DNA from: an uncultured Gemmatimonadota bacterium
Lineage (GTDB): Bacteria > JAAXHH01
Assembly (NCBI GenBank): GCA_951812955.1
Contig: OX638340.1
Location: 3,072,001 to 3,136,000 of the forward strand
Direction of reading: 5' to 3'
DNA: 64,000 nt
The notes beneath the pieces were generated by a model. It did not search any database. It had not been told where the DNA came from and was given only the letters and a program-made list of their open reading frames with translations. Shown piece by piece: positions 52,401 to 61,097 of this stretch; position 1 is the first letter of the stretch; the number at the start of each line of letters is the position of its first letter. Both the position numbers and the translations under genes were made by a program.

Positions 52401-53423
52401 TTAAGACGCTTCGAATACCTTGCCTATTTCATCCCGGTCGAAGGTTGGCAGATCGACGACCGCCCCGTCCCTCCTTATCCGGATTCCGTACCCGGGAGGT
52501 TCTATAGAGCCAATCACGGCGGCCGGAATGCCGGCTTCCGCGAGGCGGGCGGTCACCGGGTCCGCGCAGTCCGCATCTACCACGATGAGCAGCGCGCCCG
52601 ACGCGATGACGCCAAGGGGATCCAGGCCGTAGTACGAACAAAGGGCCTCCGATTCGGGCAACAGGGGCAGCCGGTCCTCCTCGATGAGCATGCCGACATC
52701 GGAAGCGACGGCGATTTCGCGAAGCCCCGAAGCGACTCCGCCCTCCGTCGGATCATGCATGGCGTGGACCCCTCCGGTTTCCATGGCGATGCGGGATTCA
52801 CGGACTACGCTGAGGCCGGGCCGCCGGAGGTACAGGCGGCACGTCTCGAGAAATTCGTCGGAGAAACGAGCCCTGACCTCGTCACTTTTTTCCATGGCGA
52901 TCAGCGCCGTCGCCTCGATGGCGATGCCCTTGGTAAGCAGGATACGGTCGCCCACCCTGGCGCCGGATCCGGTAACGTAGCCGTCGGGTGTCGTTTCCCC
53001 CAGCATCTGCCCGATCAGCAGCGGCCGGTCCAGACCGTGGGTGATTTCGGTATGGCCACCGGCGAGCGTGACGCCGAGTTCCCGGCACGCGTCGGACAAC
53101 CCGGAGAATATGCGGTCCACCAGATCGGGGTCCGTTTTCGCTTCCGGAAGCAGTATGGTCGTGAGGAACCACCGGGGCGCCGCGCCCATGGCCGCCACGT
53201 CGTTGGCGTTTATGTTGACGGCGTACCAGCCGATCTCTTCGGTGGCGAAGGTGATAGGGTCCGTTTTCGTCACGAGTACGCTGGAACCGAACGAAATCAC
53301 CGCCGCGTCCCGGCCGATGCCAGGACCCACGAGCATTCTCGGGTCGGAACTGGAAGCATAGCGTCGCAGTATGCGGTCCAGATCTTCCGCGGGCAGCTTG
53401 CCGACCGGGTAATAGGGAGGCAT
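52401..53423 (-). CDS. AIR-synthase-related (PurM-superfamily; ThiL/HypE-like) protein of unassigned function
   Basis: LVGPGIGRDAAVI, NINANDVAAMGAAPRWFLTTILLPE (ThiL-like), MHDPTEGG; no C-terminal Cys (not HypE), no N-terminal Cys/Sec (not SelD). Confidence 0.6.
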   Translation of the reverse strand: MPPYYPVGKLPAEDLDRILRRYASSSDPRMLVGPGIGRDAAVISFGSSVLVTKTDPITFATEEIGWYAVNINANDVAAMGAAPRWFLTTILLPEAKTDPDLVDRIFSGLSDACRELGVTLAGGHTEITHGLDRPLLIGQMLGETTPDGYVTGSGARVGDRILLTKGIAIEATALIAMEKSDEVRARFSDEFLETCRLYLRRPGLSVVRESRIAMETGGVHAMHDPTEGGVASGLREIAVASDVGMLIEEDRLPLLPESEALCSYYGLDPLGVIASGALLIVVDADCADPVTARLAEAGIPAAVIGSIEPPGYGIRIRRDGAVVDLPTFDRDEIGKVFEAS

Positions 53424-53530
53424 GTCTCGCTGATCTGCGTGGGTGCTTGGATATCCGTGCGGAGGGCTTGTACCGGCGCCGCGGACCGCCGATTCCCGCA
53501 CGTCAGGCGGCGCGGGCGGCCGAGACCGGA

Positions 53531-53833
53531 TTATTCCCGCCGCTTTCGCTGGGCGCGCAAAGCTTCTTTGAGTATCTTCCCCGGTTTGAACCTGGCTTTA
53601 CGCCTGGCCGGAACTTCGATGGTATACCCGGTCCGCGGATTGCGGGCCGCCGGCTTGGGGCGGGTATTCCTGATTTCCAGCGCGCCGAATCCCCGGATCT
53701 CGATCCGGTTCCCCTCGACCAGGTTCTCCCGCATGATCTCGAAGAGGGCGTCGATCACGGGATAGATCTGGGTCTTTTTGAGCCCCAGCGTCTCGCTGAT
53801 TTCATTGACCAGTTCCCTGCGCGTCGTCGTCAT
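53531..53833 (-). CDS. HU/IHF-family DNA-binding protein
   Basis: 100 aa; RIEIRGFGALEIRNTRPKPAARNPRTGYTIEVPARRKARFKPGK. Confidence 0.85.
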   Translation of the reverse strand: MTTTRRELVNEISETLGLKKTQIYPVIDALFEIMRENLVEGNRIEIRGFGALEIRNTRPKPAARNPRTGYTIEVPARRKARFKPGKILKEALRAQRKRRE

Positions 53834-54507
53834 TTAGGTTCCTCGGACCCGATGCCTTCGTTTCCGCCGGACAATCCCGCCCGACCGTACATGCGGCGCA
53901 ACTTGTCCACGTTCTCTTCGCCTATGGTATTGACCTGGCCGAGCATGCGCGCCACGAGGGTAATCCGTGCGCAGTGCTCCATGGTCTCCATCTTGTGATA
54001 CGCCGCAACGATGTCCGGACCCAGGGTCAGCGCGCCATGGTTTTCGAGCAGGACCGCGTCGTATTCCCGCACGTATTCCCGGAGCGATTCGACCAGCTCC
54101 ATGGTTCCCGGCGTCCCGTATGGCGCGATGGGGACATGTCCGAGGGAGACGATCACTTCCGGCAGCAGGTTGTCCGGCAGATTCACCCCGGCCACGGAAA
54201 ACCCCGTTGACGCCGGTGGATGGGCGTGGGCGACGGCGTGCACGTCCGGCCGTTCCCGATACACCATCAGGTGCATTTTCATCTCGGACGAAGGCTCGTG
54301 ACTTCCGGAGATCACCGCGCCGTCATAATCGACGACCACGAACTTATCCGGATCGAGGAATCCTTTGCTGACCCCGGTCATCGTGATCAGCAACCGGTCT
54401 TCGGACAGCCGAACGCTGAGGTTCCCGTCGTTCGAGGCCACGTACCCGCGGTCATACATCCGCTTGCCGACATGGATCACGTCGGATAGGACTTGATCAA
54501 GTTGCAA
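53830..54507 (-). CDS. Class II aldolase/adducin-family protein (FucA / RuBP-epimerase / MTRu-1-P dehydratase-like)
   Basis: 225 aa; GNLSVRL, HAHPPAS, ENHG motifs; TTG start. Confidence 0.75.
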   Translation of the reverse strand: MQLDQVLSDVIHVGKRMYDRGYVASNDGNLSVRLSEDRLLITMTGVSKGFLDPDKFVVVDYDGAVISGSHEPSSEMKMHLMVYRERPDVHAVAHAHPPASTGFSVAGVNLPDNLLPEVIVSLGHVPIAPYGTPGTMELVESLREYVREYDAVLLENHGALTLGPDIVAAYHKMETMEHCARITLVARMLGQVNTIGEENVDKLRRMYGRAGLSGGNEGIGSEEPK

Positions 54508-54557
54508 GATAACTCGGTTCCAGGTGTAAGATTTCGGATTGCAGTATTACGATTTCG

Positions 54558-54586
54558 AATATATCCGGCCCGCCGATTCCGTACAA
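54558..54586 (-). promoter_or_regulatory. Candidate promoter TTGTAC-17-TATATT (minus strand) inside an unusually AT-rich 100-bp island
   Basis: region 54508-54605 is about 58% AT versus about 34% genome-wide; hexamers read on minus strand upstream of aldolase start. Confidence 0.35.
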
Positions 54587-54605
54587 GTATTATTATTTAC
54601 GTAAG

Positions 54606-56072
54606 TTATAAGCCGGACCTTACAATACGCGCCACGTCGTGAATCCGGCTTTTCTCTACGCCCCGCATGTCGATCCGGACCCGGTCCCGGCCGCAATCGA
54701 CCAGCAGAGGAGGGGTCCCATTAAGCCACCGGTCCGCCAGGTCTTCGCCCCTGGACCCCGGCGCGCGAACCGAGACAGCGAAGCTGGGCATGGCGTGGAT
54801 GGGAAGGCGGTACGTGGTGAGATGCGACCGCTGTTCGACCACGGTACACTCCGCGCGGAATCGACAGTCTTCAGTCAGGCGTTCGAGCAACTGGCGGGCA
54901 CGGGCGCCTACCTCGTCCGGGGATGCGGCCAGCATGTGGGCCGCCGGGTGGTTCTCGAGGTCGCAGTCGCTCCCGGCCAGTTCCGCCAGACGCGCGTCGA
55001 GCCCCGCTCTCACGTGCCTGGAGGCCCGCGCCGCGGGCCACATGCCGTGCCCTCTAATGCGCGCCAGGATCCGGCGCTTTCCGATCAGCAGTCCGCAGGG
55101 GGGACCGCCAATCAGGCCTCCGCCGGCCGCGATGATCAACGGCGTGCCGTGCCGCACCGCTTCCGCGACGGAGCCCGCGGCCGGAAGCGCGGCGGAAGTG
55201 ACCGGGCGCAACGTCGTGTCGCCGGCCAGGTGAAGCACCTCGACGCCGGTGTCCGTACCGGTCCGTACGATCTCTTCCTGCGCGGGTTCTTCTGTGAAAC
55301 CTCGAAGGGCGCAGGTGGACGGGCGCGCCGTGACGATCAGCGCGGTGCGGTCACCTACGGCGCCAAGGTAGTCGGACACGCGGGTCTTGTTGGCGGCGCC
55401 GGCCTCTACCACGGCTGCGCCGGCCTGTCCACAGATCGACACCGGACTCAAAGGCCGCGCATCGTAAGGCGCATCGATCAGTCCAAGCTGGCTGCGGCCG
55501 AAGACGACTTCCGCACCTTCGGCGAGGGCCCGGATCGCCAGGAAGAAAGCGGCGCCGACCGAACGGCATACCAGTGCGTCCTCGGCGCCGGTCAATTCGC
55601 CAAGCAGGCCGGAGGCGCGGCCGTCATCGTCGTAAGCCGCGACCGTGAGCGACAGCCGCGAAGCCCTATCCGCGGCCTTCCCGGCAAACCGGTCCCGCGC
55701 CCGTGGATGGAAGAGGATGCCGGAGGCGTTGATCAGGTCCCCGGCCGTCGACCTGTCTTCCCGCTCCAGGAGCGCGGCGACTCGTCCCGCGAAGTGCTCC
55801 GACTCGAAACCGGCCGTCGACCTTTCTTCCCGCTCCAGGAGCGTGGCGACTCGTCCCGCGAAGTGCTCCGGCTCGAAACCGCCTGCTTCAGTCTCGGGAG
55901 GACGGAACCGGATCCGGTCCCGCGCGTCGCGCAGTACTTTCCGGATCGCGTTGTCGATCTGCCGGTCCTCGAACCGGCCGCGCAATGCCCCGACGCGGGG
56001 ATCGCGTTGCATCGCGCCCACGGAAGGCAGGAGGGCGAGCCAGGGCCTTAAGTCTTCGCGGCCTGGTCTCAT
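54606..56072 (-). CDS. SelA-family (L-seryl-tRNA(Sec) selenium transferase-like) fold-type-I PLP protein LACKING the PLP lysine; contains 23-aa in-frame tandem duplication
   Basis: ATG 56072; LTGAEDALV, EVVFGRSQLGLIDAPYD...AGAANKTRVSDY, IVTARPSTCALRGFT align with SelA core; where SelA has SFSGDKLLGGPQAGIIVGK this has IIAAGGGLIGGPPCGLLIGK (Lys to Gly, DNA 55116-55118 = gcc on plus strand); the 624-aa track ORF has a spurious 136-aa N-extension. Confidence 0.65.
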   Translation of the reverse strand: MRPGREDLRPWLALLPSVGAMQRDPRVGALRGRFEDRQIDNAIRKVLRDARDRIRFRPPETEAGGFEPEHFAGRVATLLEREERSTAGFESEHFAGRVAALLEREDRSTAGDLINASGILFHPRARDRFAGKAADRASRLSLTVAAYDDDGRASGLLGELTGAEDALVCRSVGAAFFLAIRALAEGAEVVFGRSQLGLIDAPYDARPLSPVSICGQAGAAVVEAGAANKTRVSDYLGAVGDRTALIVTARPSTCALRGFTEEPAQEEIVRTGTDTGVEVLHLAGDTTLRPVTSAALPAAGSVAEAVRHGTPLIIAAGGGLIGGPPCGLLIGKRRILARIRGHGMWPAARASRHVRAGLDARLAELAGSDCDLENHPAAHMLAASPDEVGARARQLLERLTEDCRFRAECTVVEQRSHLTTYRLPIHAMPSFAVSVRAPGSRGEDLADRWLNGTPPLLVDCGRDRVRIDMRGVEKSRIHDVARIVRSGL

Positions 56073-56785
56073 GCGGGGATTCCTCCCCGGCCTACCGTCG
56101 CGAGCGCGGATTCCGTGCAGCGTCCGGTCGAGGGATCGCCGCCGGCCCGCAGCGCCCGTATCTCGCGGGCGACCCGGTCCAGATCGGCGGGCCGGTCCAC
56201 GTCGTGCCAGACCGGGAGCTCGTGGCACGTAAGACCGCTTGCCCGGATTGCCGCCCGAGTCTGGCGCAACACGCGGCCTGTGCCCCAATGGATGGAGTCG
56301 AACAGCCTGGCGCAACGGCATGCGACCTTCACGCCGCGTCTCATGCCGATCAGGTAATACCCGCCGTCCTCGGCAGGTCCGAGCACAACGTCGTGCCGGT
56401 CGAGCGACTCGAAAGCCTCTTCGACGTAAGCGCGGGGCAGGAGGGGGCTGTCTCCACCCAGCACGACGGTCTTGTCCCATTCATTCTGCAAGAACTCCGC
56501 GAAGGCGTTCGACAGCCGTTCCCCGAGATGACCACCTCGCTGGCCGGTCCATATCACGTCCGGATCGCCGAGGGCGGACCGGAGATCCGCCAGTCCGTCT
56601 TCGGGCGCCCAGGCAACGTAGAGGGACGCGCTGGCGATCCCTTGCGCAATATGGAGCGTGTCCAGGATGAAGGCGCGGTAGAGTGCCGCCGCCGCACCGG
56701 GTGAGACCCGCGCCGTCAACCGGGTTTTCACCGTCCCGGGTCTCGGGGCTTTCATGAACAGGACGAGTGCGTTCGACATGGACAT
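56069..56785 (-). CDS. DUF2064-family protein (GT-A / MobA-like nucleotidyltransferase fold)
   Basis: LVLFMKAPRPGTVKTRL, LGGDSPLLP, GPAEDGGYYLIGMRR, HDVDRPADLDRV; stop overlaps SelA-like start (ATGA); start chosen at Met 56785 (track ORF starts 56863). Confidence 0.6.
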   Translation of the reverse strand: MSMSNALVLFMKAPRPGTVKTRLTARVSPGAAAALYRAFILDTLHIAQGIASASLYVAWAPEDGLADLRSALGDPDVIWTGQRGGHLGERLSNAFAEFLQNEWDKTVVLGGDSPLLPRAYVEEAFESLDRHDVVLGPAEDGGYYLIGMRRGVKVACRCARLFDSIHWGTGRVLRQTRAAIRASGLTCHELPVWHDVDRPADLDRVAREIRALRAGGDPSTGRCTESALATVGRGGIPA

Positions 56786-57084
56786 GTGCTGGACGTTACA
56801 GGGAAGACAGGTTCCGCCCGGGGGCGGCAAGGCATTGAACCGATGCGTTGCGAGGCAACCCATGCATACTACCTGGCGGCTCGTGACGTGTCAATTAAAA
56901 CCCCTGTTTATCAACCAGTTAACCCGATTTCCATCAGCTCGGGAACAACAATAAGACTTGACATTAAGGGTACTTGAAGGTTATTTTCGGCCTTTCTTGC
57001 CGGGCGCCGGCCTTCCCCGATACATAAGGACCGGAGCCCGTTAAAGACGAGCCGCCTGGCGGCGCCGGGTCCGATCCATGGAAG

Positions 57085-58062
57085 ATGGCCATGTGGGATG
57101 AAATCAAGGCAGCCATAGCATCGAACCAGTCCTTCGTGATATCCAGTCACGTCAATCCGGACGGGGATTCGGTCGGCTCGGCCCTGGGGGTCTACGAGTG
57201 TCTTAAAACGCTCGGGAAGGACGCCGTCGTCGTCATGAACGACGCCATTCCCGATGCCTATACCTGGCTGGACCCGGACGGGGATATCATCGCGCCGGCC
57301 TCGGAGGCGGATATCGCGCGCCTGGGGGACATGGACGTGGCCGTCATCGTGGACGCCAACGGCTGGGACAGGCTGGGGCGTTTACGGAAGCCGCTGGAAG
57401 AATCGCCGGCAGTCAAGGTCGTGATCGACCACCATCCATACAGTGAACTGATCACGCCCTTGTCGGTGATTGAGACGAATGCGTCTTCAACGGCCGAGCT
57501 CGTTTATGATCTGATCGACTCATTAGGCGCGCCGCTTTCTTCGAGGGCGGCGGACGCGCTATACACGGGCATACTCACCGATACCGTTTCCTTCCGTTTC
57601 GCCAGAAGCGCTCCATGCGCCCATGTCATCGCGGCCAAGCTCCTTTCCGCGGGCGTCGACCCGTCCCGGGTCTACGACCAGGTCTACAACCGCAACACGG
57701 GCGCCCGAACCCGGCTCATGGGCCGCGCGCTCTCCGATATTCAATTCACCGGATGCGGCCGCGTCGCCTGGCTGACCGTAACACGTTCCATGATTGAGGA
57801 GACCGGCGCGCTGTCCTCGGATACGAGCGGGTTCGTGGACGTGACCATGACCATCGCCGGCATTCGGATCGGGATCATTTTCGTGGAGTCCAGAGACGGC
57901 ACGGTCCAGATCAGCTTGAGGTCCCGGCCCGATACCGATATCAATCAGGTCGCCGTAGACCTGGGCGGCGGCGGCCACAGGAACGCCGCGGGCGCCGTGT
58001 ACAGCGGCACGCTCGAACAGGCCGTCAGGACCGTCACGGCGGCGGCGGTCACCGCACTCTAG
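57085..58062 (+). CDS. nrnA: NrnA-type DHH/DHHA1 nanoRNase / pAp phosphatase
   Basis: 325 aa; FVISSHVNPDGDSVGSALG, DHH context VVIDHH, C-terminal GGGHRNAAGA. Confidence 0.8.
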   Translation: MAMWDEIKAAIASNQSFVISSHVNPDGDSVGSALGVYECLKTLGKDAVVVMNDAIPDAYTWLDPDGDIIAPASEADIARLGDMDVAVIVDANGWDRLGRLRKPLEESPAVKVVIDHHPYSELITPLSVIETNASSTAELVYDLIDSLGAPLSSRAADALYTGILTDTVSFRFARSAPCAHVIAAKLLSAGVDPSRVYDQVYNRNTGARTRLMGRALSDIQFTGCGRVAWLTVTRSMIEETGALSSDTSGFVDVTMTIAGIRIGIIFVESRDGTVQISLRSRPDTDINQVAVDLGGGGHRNAAGAVYSGTLEQAVRTVTAAAVTAL

Positions 58063-58156
58063 CACGGCAGTCACCGAATTCCGGCTCGGTGGTCACCGCA
58101 CGCTGGTACGGCTGTTATTCCCGCGGGCCGGCTGACCGTCCGAACCATCCGACCGC

Positions 58157-58981
58157 ATGATACTCATTACGCGAAAAACCCGTTTCTCGGCGGCCCATCT
58201 GTGCCACGACCCGCAGTGGCCGGAGGCCAGGAACAGGCGGGTGTACGGAACCTGCGCCGTCGGCACCGGCCACGGTCACGACTACGAGGCCGAATTCACT
58301 TTCGGAGGACCAGTCGATCCCCGGACCGGCGTGGTCCTGAACCTGACCGAGGTCAAGCGGCTGATCCACGCCGTGATCGAGCCGCTGGATCTGAGCCATC
58401 TGAACCACGACCACGCCGCCCTGGAGGGTCCGGCTCCGACGAGCGAAAGACTCGTCCGGTACCTCTGGCACGCGCTGGAAAGCGGTACCGGGCGGTGCGA
58501 GCTTACGCGCATCCTGCTCCATGAAAGCCGCGCGAGAAGTATCGAATACACTGGAGACGACAGCATGGTCCTTGTCACGAGAAGCGTAGAGTTCAACGCC
58601 GCCCACCGTCTGCACAGTATTAAGTTGAGCGACGAAGAGAACGTGCGTATATTCGGCAAGTGCAATAACCCGCACGGCCACGGCCACAATTATGAACTCG
58701 CGGTGACGGTCCGCGGCCCGGTAGACGAGAAGACCGGGATGGTCATCGACATGGGACGTTTCGATGAGATCCTCCAGAAGGAAGTCGTGGATCGTTACGA
58801 TCACCGGCACCTGAACCGGGACCTGGAGGAATTCAGGACGGTCAATCCGACCTCGGAGGAGATGCTACGCGTTATCTGGGCGCGGCTGCTTCCCTTTTTC
58901 GATTCCCCATCCCTGTACAGGATTCGCCTGGTGGAAACGTCCAAGAACGCTTTCGAGTATTTCGGAGAAGAGGACCGGTAA
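58157..58981 (+). CDS. Two-domain 6-pyruvoyl-tetrahydropterin synthase / QueD-like protein
   Basis: 274 aa with two PTPS modules, each with C-x5-HGH motif ([12 protein letters not shown] and [12 protein letters not shown]). Confidence 0.75.
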   Translation: MILITRKTRFSAAHLCHDPQWPEARNRRVYGTCAVGTGHGHDYEAEFTFGGPVDPRTGVVLNLTEVKRLIHAVIEPLDLSHLNHDHAALEGPAPTSERLVRYLWHALESGTGRCELTRILLHESRARSIEYTGDDSMVLVTRSVEFNAAHRLHSIKLSDEENVRIFGKCNNPHGHGHNYELAVTVRGPVDEKTGMVIDMGRFDEILQKEVVDRYDHRHLNRDLEEFRTVNPTSEEMLRVIWARLLPFFDSPSLYRIRLVETSKNAFEYFGEEDR

Positions 58982-58986
58982 CCACG

Positions 58987-59550
58987 ATGGATCCTATCGA
59001 GGGATTGACAAGGTCACTGCTCGCCGAAATCGGCGAGAACCCGGACCGGGACGGTCTCAGGCGGACGCCCCGCCGCGTAGCGGAATCCCTGCGGTTTCTG
59101 ACACAGGGCTACGAAAAAAGCATTGAAACCGTTATTAATAACGCTATCTATGAAGAGGACTACGATGAGATGGTACTGGTGAAGGACATTGAGTTCTTCT
59201 CGCTGTGTGAGCACCACCTGCTGCCGTTTTTCGGCCAGTGCCATATCGCCTACATACCCAACGGCAAGATAATCGGACTCGGCAAAGTCCCCCGCATCGT
59301 GGACGTCTTCTCGCGGCGTCTGCAGTTGCAGGAGCGCCTGACCTTCCAGATCGCCCAGACCCTGCAGACCTGGCTCGACCCCCTCGGGGTGGCGGTTGTC
59401 ATGGAAGCGGGCCATCTCTGCATGATGATGCGCGGCGTGGAGAAACAGCACTCCAAGGCGACGACGAGCGCCATGCTCGGCGTATTCCGGGACGATCGCG
59501 CCACGCGGATGGAATTTCTCGATCTGACCCGGTCGAAGCACGGCGGGTAA
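58987..59550 (+). CDS. folE: GTP cyclohydrolase I
   Basis: 187 aa; [14 protein letters not shown], zinc-binding Cys/His pattern. Confidence 0.9.
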   Translation: MDPIEGLTRSLLAEIGENPDRDGLRRTPRRVAESLRFLTQGYEKSIETVINNAIYEEDYDEMVLVKDIEFFSLCEHHLLPFFGQCHIAYIPNGKIIGLGKVPRIVDVFSRRLQLQERLTFQIAQTLQTWLDPLGVAVVMEAGHLCMMMRGVEKQHSKATTSAMLGVFRDDRATRMEFLDLTRSKHGG

Positions 59551-59612
59551 AGCGGGACAGAGGCAGGCCGGAGACCGGCTTGTTGAAAAGCCGGCGATCG
59601 GCCGATTGACCG

Positions 59613-61073
59613 GTGGGGTACACCATCATGAACAAAGACCGACTCGTGGACCGACTCGCGGCCGTGCTGGGCCGCGACAACGTCATCGACGCGCCGGACC
59701 AGCTGATCGTGTACGAATGCGACGGGCTGACCATCGACCGGAACGCCCCTCATGCCGTGGTCTACCCGACCACGACGGAGGAGGTCGCGGCCGTGGTCCG
59801 CATACTCCACGAAGCAAGGATCCCCTTCGTGGCGCGCGGGGCCGGCACCGGGCTGAGCGGCGGGAGCCTGCCGCCCGACGGCGGGGTCATGATCGCCCTG
59901 ACCAAGATGAACCGCATCGTGGAGGTCGACTTCCGGAACCAGCGCGCGCTGGTGGAAGCCGGCGTGGTCAACCTGCACCTGTCAAAGGAAACCGGCAAGC
60001 AGGGCTACCATTTCGTGCCGGACCCATCGAGCCAGTACGCCTGTACCATCGGCGGAAACATCGCCGAGAACTCGGGCGGTCCCCACACATTGAAGTACGG
60101 GGTCACGACCAACCACACGCTGGGCGTGGAGGTGGTCTTGCCGGACGGGCAAGTCACGTGGTTCGGCGGCAAGGCCGAAGACACCGTGGGGTACGATCTG
60201 CGCGGCCTCCTGATCGGCTCCGAAGGCATGCTGGGCATCGTTACGCGGGCGTGGGTCAAACTGACCCGCCTTCCCCAGGCCTGGCGGACATTTCTGGTGG
60301 TATTCGACAGTGTGGAAGACGCGTCCCGCGCCGTCGCCGGCGTGGTGGACCGGGGAATCGTCCCTTCGGCCCTCGAAATGATCGACCGGGTCGCCATCGG
60401 CGCCATCGAGGCTGCCTACCATTTCGGATTTCCACTGGACGCGGAAGCCGTGCTGATCATCGAACTCGAGGGGCACGAGGCGGGTCTGGGCGCCCAGGCC
60501 GAAGCGGTGACCGCGGTGTGTGGGGATAACCGGGCCCGCGAAATCCGTACCGCGGAAGACGACAGGGAACGCGCCCTGCTGTGGACGAGCCGCAAACGGG
60601 CCTTCGGCGCCATGGGACGCCTGAGTCCCAGCTACTACGTGCAGGACGGCGTGGTTCCACGTACGAAAATCCCGGACATCATGCGGGTCATCCGGACGAC
60701 GGCCGAGAAATACGAACTGCTGATCGGCAACGTGTTCCACGCCGGCGACGGCAACATCCATCCCTGTATCGCATATGACGACCGGGACGAGGAACAGGCG
60801 CAGAAGACCGTGGAGGCCAGCAACGAGATCCTGCGGGCCTGTGTCGACCTGGGCGGATCCATCACCGGGGAACACGGCATCGGATATGAAAAGGTCGACC
60901 TGATGCCCCTGATTTTCGACGAACCGGATATCCAGGCCATGGAGACGGTTAAAGAGGTGTTCGACGGGGACAACCTCAGCAATCCCGGCAAGATGTTTCC
61001 CACGAACCGTTCCTGCATCGGATGCGGAACGGCTGAACTGAAATACACTAACCGCCAGGCGGCGCTGCTCTGA
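59613..61073 (+). CDS. glcD: FAD-linked oxidase, GlcD-like (glycolate/D-lactate dehydrogenase family)
   Basis: 486 aa; FAD-binding PCMH domain RGAGTGLSGGSLP; GTG 59613 or ATG 59628. Confidence 0.8.
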   Translation: MGYTIMNKDRLVDRLAAVLGRDNVIDAPDQLIVYECDGLTIDRNAPHAVVYPTTTEEVAAVVRILHEARIPFVARGAGTGLSGGSLPPDGGVMIALTKMNRIVEVDFRNQRALVEAGVVNLHLSKETGKQGYHFVPDPSSQYACTIGGNIAENSGGPHTLKYGVTTNHTLGVEVVLPDGQVTWFGGKAEDTVGYDLRGLLIGSEGMLGIVTRAWVKLTRLPQAWRTFLVVFDSVEDASRAVAGVVDRGIVPSALEMIDRVAIGAIEAAYHFGFPLDAEAVLIIELEGHEAGLGAQAEAVTAVCGDNRAREIRTAEDDRERALLWTSRKRAFGAMGRLSPSYYVQDGVVPRTKIPDIMRVIRTTAEKYELLIGNVFHAGDGNIHPCIAYDDRDEEQAQKTVEASNEILRACVDLGGSITGEHGIGYEKVDLMPLIFDEPDIQAMETVKEVFDGDNLSNPGKMFPTNRSCIGCGTAELKYTNRQAALL

Positions 61074-61097
61074 ACTCGATGGCACACAGGTTAACCC

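Noticed and set aside
52401-53423. PurM-like protein as selenophosphate synthetase SelD partnering the SelA-like gene
   Set aside because: Lacks the N-terminal Cys/Sec-containing glycine-rich loop of SelD. Better resemblance to ThiL/HypE-type AIR-synthase relatives. No other sel genes present.
52272-53765. 497-aa plus-strand ORF
   Set aside because: Antisense to the PurM-like and HU genes.
54639-56051. 470-aa plus-strand ORF
   Set aside because: Antisense to the SelA-like gene. No recognisable motifs, whereas the opposite strand aligns to SelA throughout.
56864-57084. 220-bp divergent intergenic region searched for tRNA or other small RNA
   Set aside because: No tRNA-like T-arm or anticodon-arm features. 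Only a TTGACA-17-TTATTT promoter-like element at 56958-56986 for nrnA.
59574-59594. Hairpin CCGGCTT-gttgaa-AAGCCGG after folE
   Set aside because: 7-bp stem without a following U-tract. Too weak to call a terminator.
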